In this document: in pieces, positions 52,921-64,000 of the stretch
Position numbering within the stretch: the stretch's first letter is position 1
Layout of the letters: each line of letters starts with the position of its first letter
NCBI GenBank assembly: GCA_951406725.2
Contig: OX597815.1
Span: 85,994,001-86,058,000, forward strand
DNA: 64,000 nt
Origin: Octopus vulgaris
Taxonomy: Eukaryota
Reading direction: 5' to 3'
Translations under genes and position numbers: made by a program
The notes under the pieces: model-generated
What the model saw: only the letters and a program-made list of their open reading frames with translations
The model's database searches: none
What the model was told of the DNA's origin: nothing

Positions 52921-53084
52921 TATCTATCTATCTATCTATCTATCTATCTAACTATCATATATTTTTCTGTCTATCTTTCTTTATCTTTTCCCCTGTGTAC
53001 AACTCGTTTTACTGTGTAAGTCTACAATTGTTTCATTGACACGTTACCAGAAGCGTGTTCTTGAAATACTGTTATATAACATAA

Positions 53085-53260
53085 GGCTGCTAGTTGGTAG
53101 AATCGTCTTTACGTTCTGAATTCCGCCGCGGTCGACTTCGCCTTCCATCATTTCGGTGTTCGATAAAATAAGTACTATTTGATCCCTCGGGTGTCGGTGC
53201 AATCGAAATAGCCCTTCATCCAAATTTGTTGGCTATGTGCCAAAATCTGAAACCAGTATT
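53085..53260 (+). mobile_element. Family B SINE, degenerate
   Basis: GGTCGACTTCGCCTTCCATC..CGATAAAATAAGTAC. Confidence 0.65.
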
Positions 53261-54132
53261 ATCATATGATATGCAAAATAATTATCCTGATTCGTATATA
53301 ATACACCCACAAGTAAAATTTTGGTAATACTGGGAAAAATCTGCTCATCTGGTTATGTATAAATTGCTTTGTTGCATGAGTTCTTATTTCATTTTACAGA
53401 ATGTATACTCCTCGTTGAATATGATTTCAGTATAATGAAAAGGAAAAAACAAAAACAAAAAACCAAACAAATACATAATAAACCACAAATCCAAATTAAC
53501 CGGTCTAGAAATAAGACAAAGCAAAGCGAACAAACAAATTGAGGAAAATAAATGTTTTACTATTTAATAATAAGAGCATCTTCAACGAGGGACATTTAGT
53601 TAGTGTAATGGGGGTTCATTGAGCAAATCGATTTGTACATAATTTGATGAGTCAATATTTTTCAGTATTACCAGAATGACATTGATTCGATATATTATTT
53701 CGTTTATTATATAATGTTATTCCAGCGGCAAGTTTCTGGAAAAGATTCCGATGGAACAATTGTAGGATTATGCCGTAAACATAGTTCCTTACTCCATTTT
53801 CTTTGTTAATGATTACATGAACTACAGATGCTTAGGAATTTACTTATATATCGTCGGTAAAGCAATCTATTTTCGTTGTTTAATAGTATCTGGCCTTTAT
53901 AAACTAAAATCTCATGTTAAAATCTAAATGTGACATAGATGCGTACATGCATACATACATACATACATATGTATGTGTGTGTGTGTGTATGTGTATATAC
54001 GGAAGCCCAACTGTATTTATCTAAGTATTGACCCAAAAAAACACACGCACACACACTCACAGACACACACTTATATACCAAAAACGCACAAACATACATA
54101 CATAAACACACGCACAAACAGACTCTTACACG

Positions 54133-54167
<35 letters not shown>

Positions 54168-54259
54168 ATATAGAGAGAGAGAGAAAGAGAAAGAGAAAGA
54201 AAGAAGAGATAAATTGATAAATAGATAGATGCTTATGCTTATATACATACATACGTACA

Positions 54260-54336
<77 letters not shown>

Positions 54337-54348
54337 ATGTATGTATAT

Positions 54349-54384
<36 letters not shown>

Positions 54385-54519
54385 CGTGAGAAAGGTAGCT
54401 TATCTAATTAAATAACTCTTTCATTTACATGTTTTTATAAAATAGAAATTATACCCATTCCAACGCATTTCTCGAATTAACTTAACATTAGTATTATGAT
54501 ATGACAATAAGACGTTGAG

Positions 54520-55372
54520 ATGAAGTCAGCGAGTTGCCAGAAACGTTAACACACCGGGTGAAATGCTTAGCGGTATTTCGTCTGCCGCTACGTTCTGAGT
54601 TCAAATTCCGTCTAGGTCGACTTTGCCTCTCATCCTCTCGGGGTCGATTAAATAAGTACCAGTTACGCACTAGGGTCGATATAATCGACTTAATCCGTTT
54701 GTCTGTCCTTGTTTGTCCCCTCTGTGTTCAGCTCCTTGTGGATAGTAAAGAAATAAGAAACTTTACCACGCCGGGCGAAATGCTTAGAGGTATTTCGTCT
54801 GCCGCTACGTTCTGAGTTCAAATTCCGCTGAGGTCGACTTTGCCTTTCATCCTTTCGTGGTCGATTAAATTAGTACCAGTTACGCAGTGGGGTCGATATA
54901 ATCGACTTAATCCAGTTGTCTGTCCTTGTTCGTCCTCTCTGCGTGTAGCTCCTTATGAGCAGTAAAGAAATAAGAAATTTTAGCATGCCGGACGAAATAC
55001 TTAGCGGTATTTCGTCTGTCTTTACGTTCTGAGTTCAAATACTGCCGAGGTTGACTTTGCCTTTCCTCCTTTGGGCGCCGACAAATTAAGTACTAGTTGT
55101 GTACTGGGGCAGAGATAATCGACTGGTCCCCCCTCCAAAATTTCGGGCCTTGTGCCTAGAGTAGAAAAGAATAAGACGCTGAGTTGGCAGAGTCGTTAAC
55201 GGCGTGTAAAACGCTTATCGGCATTCCCTGCGTCTGTATGTTGTGAGTTTAATTTCGGCGCGGTTGTCTTTGCCTTTCATCCTTTTGCGGCTAATAAAAT
55301 AATATCAATCGGTTGGTCGTTCTAATCGACTTAACCCCACCTTCGTAATTCAGCCATAATTTGAAACCAATA
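54520..55372 (+). mobile_element. Head-to-tail array of four family B SINE units (tRNA-derived; central GCCTTTCATCCTTTCGGGGTCGATAAATTAAGTACCAG resembles the Meta-SINE domain as recalled)
   Basis: Units at ~54520-54760, 54761-54978, 54979-55172 and 55175-55372. B-box-like GAGTTCAAATTCC. Confidence 0.85.
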
Positions 55373-55459
55373 TTAAATGACAATAATATAATACTGTATT
55401 ATAAAATTACTTGATAATAGATTATCAAATTGAGTGAAATAAAATTAAAACAGGCATCA

Positions 55460-56470
55460 AAAACATGAATTATGCATGTGGTATTTTCCTGTTGTTCTGC
55501 ATCTCTGACAGCCGGATTTAGCGTACGTGATGGACGTGCTGAGGTATTTCTTTGTTGCTCAGAGTCTCTCATTTATATATTTTGGCGCTTTGCGCTCTGT
55601 GCTTTTATATCTCTTTCTTGTTCGACTTGTCTGTACGCTTCTTCCGACCGAGTCTTACTGGTAGAAGCAGCATTTCTTGTATTTCTCCCAATTGATGACT
55701 TCTGTTTTTGTGTCATGATCTGACACGAATAAAATAATAAATGAGCAACATAAAATGAATATTTTGTTACATTTTAATTAACGTGTAATATGATGCACGC
55801 ATATCATGTCATTCACTGTTTTAGACATCGTAATATGATACATAGTAGGAACAGCTACCAGAGCAAAAATCCTAAGTGTTGACCGTAGACACGCCCCTTC
55901 GCAAATAATCAGCTGTAATTTTGTAAACAATGTTTCGAAACTGCTCATGTGTTCGAAAGGAGACATCTGACTCTCACACTTAGTGTAGGCGGCCCAGGTT
56001 GCCAAAGTTGCTTCATTCGACAATATTACTCAATAGAGGAAGAAGGGGTTGGGCGGGGTCAGGAGAAGAAAAGGAGGTCGGACTGATCGCTGCAGGAGAA
56101 GGTAGGCCTCTCTATTCCTCTTACAAATCTTACCTCCGGGTGCCAAATTTGCGTCAATTGATGGTATTACTCGGTTAATGGGGTAGTAGTGGTGGGACAG
56201 GGGCTGGAGAAGAAGGAGGAGGTCAGGCATGTCTCTTTAGGAGGGTATAGGCCACCCTATTCCTTCTGCCAAAGTTATCTCTGGGTGCCAAAGTTACCTC
56301 ATTTGATGGGATTTCACTGAGAATAGAGGTTGGGGAGAGACTAATCCTACACATAAACCACCTTAGAGACCTTCGAACACCCCTACAAAGTTTCATGCCG
56401 ATCGGCCCAATCGTTTGGCCATGATTTGAGTACAGACGGGCATTACACCCGTTATTATATGATTATAGCA
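55460..56470 (-). mobile_element. Helitron/Helentron-like fragment with an internal ~150-bp diverged duplication
   Basis: Helitron-like 5' end CTATAATCATATAATAACGGG..GGCCGATCGGCATGAAACTTTG. GGGTGCCAAA..TTGATGG repeated at ~56138 and ~56283. Charged coding-like relic downstream. Confidence 0.4.
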
Positions 56471-56894
56471 TAATTTACTATGCACCAAGGAAGTGATACA
56501 CAGTCGATGGCATATTTACCGTTGACTCAGGGAGGGAGGTTTTGTGCAAAATATCCTTTACAATTCTAGGGTCTCTGAATCTGTCGATATGGAAGATATA
56601 GGAAAAAAAAAGAAAAACAGGAAAATATCGTGAGAATATAACGTGAAATGGTCAATGAAATGCGGTATGAACACAGAGTCGTCGGTTTCAGTATCTTCGG
56701 TTCCTCATATTTTCCCTCTGCTTAATCTGACTGAATACCCTTTTTACTATATTGTTTAGCTTTGTTATAATAATACTAAGGAGTGAATGGTTGTGTGTGC
56801 AAGTGTATATGAGTATGTTTGTGTATGTGTGTGTGTGTGCGCTCGCGCATGTGTGTGTGAGTGTGTGTATGTTGTGTGTGTGAGTGTGAGCGTA

Positions 56895-57545
56895 TACAAA
56901 ATTCTAATCGCCTAATTTGGATCCTCTGATTTCAATGCAGGTGCTATCGTGTTCCATCCACTTCGTGAAGGCTCCAGAGAAGTCTTCCAGAGTGAAGGTG
57001 TCCAGAGTACAAGTCACAGCCTCCTTCATCTTCTCTTTCAGGCTGGAGAACAATGACAAGTCATAGAGAGCAAAGTCTGGCGTGTAGCAAGTATGAAGGG
57101 CAATTTTGATACGCGTTCTTGTCAAGGGGTTGGTTACCTGGATGGAATTGTGGTCTGCCGCGTCCTTTTGACATTTTGTGACGAAATCTCTTCCTGACCC
57201 CCCACACACACACCAGAACCTCTATAATGTAGTCTATGTTGACCGTTTGGGCAGAGAGAAGCGAGTAAGTGTAGATGAAAGCGCTGCTGTCGAAAATGCA
57301 GATCATGATGAGCTTCCCAGTGGACTTGCCTCTTGAGCCATCGAAAAACAGGTGCTCGCTTATACAAGCTCATACAAGTTAATCGATTAGCAGACTGGAG
57401 CACGGCGTCAGTTTCTGTGGTATTTTTGTCAAGTCTAACACAAAACGTTATTGCATACTAAGCATCCGAATTGCTTTCATATCTCGACTGCATTCTGCAA
57501 ACTAGTCATATGTGACAGACAGTATTTAATAGAGTGCGTTCAATG
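56895..57545 (-). mobile_element. Decayed mariner element
   Basis: YAITFCVRLDKNTTE (N-terminus), YTPDFALYDLSLFSSLKE (YSPDLAP-like) and FTKWME..CIEIRG (C-terminus). Confidence 0.8.
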
Positions 57546-58146
57546 TACTCTAACACTTGACTCCTTCAACTTGGAATAACAAATTATTAAATATACGGTA
57601 AAGATATACTAAAACTGCAATAATCCAAGAGTTGCAACTGCCTCTCCTATATTCAGATACACACAGACACATATATTCGTACAAGCACACTCTCTCACAC
57701 ACACACATTTGTGAATATGTGTATATACGTGTGAGTGTACATGCTTCTGAAAGATTACTAATCACATTCAGAAGAGTTTATTTAATGGGTCGCACATTGT
57801 TATTCACTGTATTGCAACATTTGGACGCAACTCTCGCTTGAACGGACGCATAAAATTTGAAGCATCCCTGAAGCGACTAAAACATCAGATTTGAATATAT
57901 ATCTCACCCAACTCTCTCTCTAGTTACGTATTTATGCACACACATAGTCATATATATATGTATAAAACTATATATTTATGAGTGTACGTATATGTCTAAT
58001 ATATATTAAGCAAATATCTGCATATTTAATATACACGCACAAGCGCACACATACGTATACATGTACATATACATGTACACACACACACATATATATATGT
58101 ATATATGCATACATATATGTATATATATATGTATGCACATAATTTT

Positions 58147-58252
<106 letters not shown>

Positions 58253-59130
58253 TTGTGTATCTTTCTGTGTATCTGTAGAAGAGTGTGGGTAATGTGTGCT
58301 TACGTGTATGTATTTATGTATATGAATATGGACATGCATATACATTTTTATGTATGTATGTATGTCTGTACATACATGCACACATATATATTACTACATA
58401 CATATACATCCACGCAGACACACACATATACATACACACGTATTTATATATATATATATATATATAGACACATTGAATCTAAAATTTTAGATATTGTGAA
58501 GATGAAACAGGGGATTTGATAATGGAGAAAAGGAAGTATTGTGAAGGGAGTGAAATAAATAGATTATTTTATTATTAGTTAAACAGATCGATATCTATAT
58601 ATACAAATGAATAAATATATAACCAAATGGACAGAAGATTAAATTACACAAACTAAGTTTGACTAAATCGAGTCTTGTACATCGTTTTGACGCCTGAAAA
58701 TGTGGATTCATACGTTTCATCATTTTATTTTTGTACACAAAGATACATACATGGTGACATGTATACATATGCATAAACACATACATATATATATAAGAAC
58801 ATGATATCGTACAACCATAAACGTAGAACTACGTATATTGATACAGATACTTATGCGTTGCTTAGTACACTTGTATCTTCAGCTTGGGTGGAGTCTGATG
58901 TATGGAGAACCTATTTCGAGTTGTTGACACATGTCTACATTCTATCTAATGACTGGGAAATAAAAGAAAAAAACAGACCTCGATATATAATTTATGATAA
59001 ATAATACGAGTATACTTGAAGCACGAAGAACATAATTTATGCTGGTAATAGACATGTCTATTTGTGTTGAAATCAGAACTAATTGAAGGGTGCCGCCGAG
59101 AAACCGATCATGTATAACGGTGTGTACCTC

Positions 59131-59211
<81 letters not shown>

Positions 59212-59226
59212 CATCTATCTATCTTT

Positions 59227-59283
<57 letters not shown>

Positions 59284-59286
59284 TTT

Positions 59287-59334
<48 letters not shown>

Positions 59335-59377
59335 GCTAGCTATATATATTTATATGCGTGTGCGAGTGTGCATAAAT

Positions 59378-59417
<40 letters not shown>

Positions 59418-62188
59418 GGTAGACAATGAATGAGTAATGAAACGTGATGGTCACCTGGTACATTTCGGAAGAAGTGAAAGAGAGAGAGAGAACGGGTAGT
59501 AAAGAAATAGAGATAAAGGCAGGGGAAAGGCTCCTGGAAAGCAAAAGAAGAAATAGAAGTAAAATGCAAAAAGGGGAAATGCGGATAGAGGTAGAAAAAG
59601 ATTATAGAGAATTACTTCAACTCTATCTTTTCTTCTTTCTATCTTTCTATCTCTCTACATTCCTTTTCAAGTTCATCATTTTTTCATGTTTGCTCATTTA
59701 TCCCAGCAGTTTTTTTGCTGTTGACATTAGCAAAATAAACAACTTGATCGATAATTGTGCGATATAACTATGAGTCTTAGATTTTTGGATAAGGGATGAG
59801 CATGTCCATGTCATTTTCCATCGGTTCCTTTGTCATCCTTTTGTGCAATTTCTTATTCTTAGAAACACACACGCACGCTCGCACACACACGCACGCGCAC
59901 GCACGCACACACACACACACAGGCACACACACACACACACACGCATATGTATGCGTACATACGTATGAATAGATATTCTGTACGAAAGTGCAGTACATAT
60001 TACGACCTACCATATTCTTCGCTCTGAGATTCCAAATAAAACTAGCTTCTTTTCTGCTATTCATGAAATAATTTTCACAAATATGACATTCACATTTATA
60101 TATATATTTATCCACCTATATATTAATTTACTTTATCGGGTGAACATTTATATATTAAATTAGTTCTAAGCCATCAGCAATTTAAAGGGCACTAAGAAGG
60201 ATACCTAAAGTTACACATTCTGTACAACTCTTTTTTTGTGTTTGTACTATTTATTTAGAGAGAGTATAATTCCTGTTATCGTCTGTAGGACTTATCGTTC
60301 CTTAGTGTTGCTTTTGGCTATCTATGTTAACAAATATTCCAGGAAGTTCAGAATGGAGCCATTGATGAATAGTATTCTTACTCATGTTGCAGTTATTGTG
60401 ATAAAACCTTCCCAGATTGGCCGTATTACGAAGTCTTTCTACTTGAAAACGCCGCCCGTCACACGCTTTCTATATAAAAGAAACACTGTAGTTCAGAATG
60501 TACTGAATGTATTAGGTATGGTTCAACCCTACTAAAGTTACGTTATAGTAGTCCTCGTTTTCAGCGAAAATCAACACATGTTCGGAAAGTCTGGATATTC
60601 TAGATGAAACGCCTTTAAAGAAGACTTAATAACTGCTTTAAAGTGATTGAATTTATTGTTAACGCATTGTAGATTCTCAATGTGTTTATGTGCTGACGAT
60701 GTAGGATCGTAATAATATCTAATATTACATCAAGAAAATTAGCTAACTCACAGTTATTTCCTCACGTCAGAGACAATCCTATATCACTGAATAAATTTCT
60801 AAATTCTATCTATTCTTTTTAAGTTTCAAGTTATTACAATTGGAGAAAATAAGCAGCGTATTTTTCTGTACAGGCCATACACTACGTTCAATGCGTATAT
60901 ATCTACTAGATCAGTGACTACGCTGAGTTATTCGAAACACTGGTAACTTGTTAGGCCTGTTCTATCTTTTCCAGTGTATAACTTCGAATTCAATGATATT
61001 TTACCTAGCAGCTAACATAGTATCTACTTCATGTCTAGATAATTTTGAGTTTTTCATTGCAGAAATTAAAGATCTGTTGAGAAGAATACAGATATGAGAG
61101 GAGTAATAACCAACAATGACTATTTGCGTAAATTTAATATAGCTTCCAATTTTTAAGCCTTTGAACCAGCTCATAACTTCTACGGAGAAAGACCATAAAT
61201 TAAATTCAATATTAGTTATGAATATAGGTATAATCTTGCCTCTTACTAAATTATTCTTTTATTGCTATTTCCAATATACGATTTGGAGAAGGTGACCAGC
61301 CTACCAGATTCCTTACTCACAAAATTAGGCTTGTGACTTTTCACACACACACACACATATACACACACATGTATTTATGCGTGTATGTATGAGTGTATAC
61401 ATATGAACATATATATATATATGTATGTATGTTTGTATGTATGTATGTGTCTATACATACATATATAAAAATATATATATCTACATACATACATAATACA
61501 TACACACACATGCACACGCACACACACACATATTAATTCATACACACAATTCTGACCAACTTGAATTCTGTAAAATTAAAAAAGAAAACTTACTTAGAAA
61601 CAATATCGATCCATCCGGATCAACATACACACACATGCACGCACACACACACATGCACGCACACACATGCACACACGCTCACACACATGTGCGCACGCTC
61701 ACACGTACACTCATGAGTACATGTCTCTACATACGATATATAGGTAATGAGAATAGATCTCACTTACGGATAGAAGACGGTTCAGTAGTATGACTGCCAT
61801 GACTAATATAAATCCGTCTTAACTGAAACGGATCTATTCATAATCTGGAGAGTGATAAGAGCAAATTACTCGAATGTCAGACTCTCAACCACTGATATAC
61901 ACAGCTATGACAACGTTAATGAAACATTGGAAGGAACAATCGATTGATATTATAACATAGAACAGCCATTTTTATTTTAATAAAAGTCGATTAAAACGTC
62001 TGCTAGTGTCAATACAATATAATATATTACATATTACAGTCATTCACGCGCCCATACACCAACCGCATGCGCGCACATATACGCTCGTACCTGTATATGC
62101 GTAATGTTTAAATGAACACATTTCATTTATATGAATATATATATATATGTATATGTATGTATATTTATATATATATATATATATATAT

Positions 62189-62256
<68 letters not shown>

Positions 62257-62627
62257 ATGCATATATATATATATATATGTATATAGGTCTGTATGTATTT
62301 ATATATTATGTATGTATGCATGTATTATGTACATATATGTATGTGCGCGCGCAGGTGTGTGTGTGTGTTAGAATTTGTATCTGTGCAAAAGGAGAGAGAC
62401 ACCGTGAAATAGTTTTATTAAATTCATTAGTGAATCCGACAGATGGTTTATGTGTACGTAATTAAGCTTGTTTCAATATTAGCTAGATTGTGTCACTTTG
62501 CCATCATGGTTGTGTAACGAACAAGAGCAGAATATATTTATCTGTTTATTTGTTTTTGCGTATTGATTTGATGCTCCTTAATGATTACAGTGCTTTCCTA
62601 CATGCAAATATTATTGATTTGGTACAT

Positions 62628-62810
62628 AGGCACGAGGCCACAAATTCAAGAGAAGGTAGCAGTTGATAATATCGACCCCAATATTTAATTGGTATTTATT
62701 TTATTGACCTTGGAAGGATGGAAAACAAAGCTAACCTCGGTGGGAAATAAATTCAAAACATAAATAGCCGGAACAAATACTGTCCGGCATTTTGTCTGAG
62801 GCTCTAATGA
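62628..62810 (-). mobile_element. Family B SINE, degenerate
   Basis: Plus strand ATCGACCCCA..TTGGTATTTATTTTATTGACC..GAAGGATGGAAA. Confidence 0.6.
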
Positions 62811-63642
62811 TATTGGAAATAATATTTGCAGATAAAAATGTTTGGCTTTGTGCTTTCAATATTATTCGTTGGTGAATTGGGTGGTATCGTTACTGCGTCA
62901 AACAAAATGTCTGGCAGTATTTGTTTCGGCTATTCCAGTTCTGAATTCACTTCACGCCAAAGCTAAATTTGTCGATAAAACAAACCACCATTTAGATACG
63001 GAAGTTCGCAGCAACATATTCCTTTCCTCTCTCTCTCCTCTTACTATCACCTACTTTCTCCCATACAACTACTCCCGTATTAGCACCCAACGGTTACACC
63101 TAGTTTTCATACCGTGCCATCGTCTTGTCCTTTCTTCTCGCGAACTTCTAACTGATCATAGGTCCTGTCCCACGCAGTAGGGATTTTCATAAAAGTCTCG
63201 GTGTCTATTTGTTCCTGGTTTACCCTCTTTGTTTCGAGCTTAGTTGAAGAAAATTATCTCTTTTTTATTAAGTAACGCATCGGATTTTATCCGTTTCGTT
63301 CGTTCTAGTCGGAAGAAGCCAGCCTTTGCGTGTTAATTTAGGAAAATGATTCGCTTTCTACCTTAATGTTTACCGTAATCACTGGCACTTGCCGGAAGAG
63401 CTGAATCTGTAATGAGTCCGGTTAACAAGGCTGGTAATAAGTATTTCCAGTTTTGTCTCTTTTATACGTTCATTGTTATATACACCGTTTCACTTATTAG
63501 TTCAAACATGCATACATACATACGTACATACATACATACATACATACATGTATACATACATACATGCATACACACACATGCATGCATACATGCATGCATA
63601 AATACATACATACATACAAGCATACATGCATACATACATACA

Positions 63643-64000
63643 GACGCAGGTTATATACCGAAAAAGTTTCTATCCCAGTCGGTCATCCCGGTTTTCAAAC
63701 AGGGAAACAGATCCCTCGCAGTCAACTATCGCCCAATCTCACTCACCTCCCACATCATTAAAGTGTTTGAAAGAGTGTTAAGATCAAGGATAGCTGACTT
63801 CCTGGAGACCCACAAACTCCTAAATTCAAATCAACATGGCTTTCGCTGTGGCAGGGACTGTCTAACACAGCTCTTACACCACATTGAAGATGTACTCAAA
63901 GCCTTGGGAACAGGTTCGAACTCTGACGTCATATACCTTGACTTCAGTAAAGCGTTCGACAGGGTAGACCATAACATCCTACTCTCAAAATTGGCAAATG
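63643..64000 (+). mobile_element. CR1/L2-group LINE reverse transcriptase, 5'-truncated, runs off the window
   Basis: Open frame VIPVFKQGNRSLAVNYRPISLTSHIIKVFERV..QHGFRCGRDCLTQLL..DVIYLDFSKAFDRVDH, starting at the end of a (TACA)n tract. Confidence 0.93.

Noticed and set aside
54520-55372. CRISPR-like array
   Set aside because: Eukaryotic context; the units are ~220-bp SINEs without unique spacers.

Overview
AT-rich, microsatellite-saturated eukaryotic DNA with one 100-N assembly gap. The SINE families suggest an octopod cephalopod, which is an inference. No host protein-coding gene can be called with confidence. The window is a transposon graveyard. It holds a near-intact Neptune-type Penelope-like retroelement (RT plus GIY-YIG, ~40.2-43.8 kb), an older Penelope endonuclease relic, CR1/L2-group and Tx1/L1 LINE fragments, three mariner relics, a hAT MITE, Helitron-like ends and many tRNA-derived SINEs. 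The main signal missed by the ORF track is a set of type I hammerhead ribozymes read directly from the sequence. Three intact copies lie in a young 490-bp tandem-plus-inverted repeat at 44.3-45.7 kb, a retrozyme-like or Penelope pLTR-like unit with an unusually large branched stem II. One lies in the Neptune 3' region. Several variant or decayed copies sit in other short modules embedded in (TA)n/(ATCT)n tracts. Most repeat boundaries are approximate to tens of bases; the hammerhead coordinates were counted base by base.
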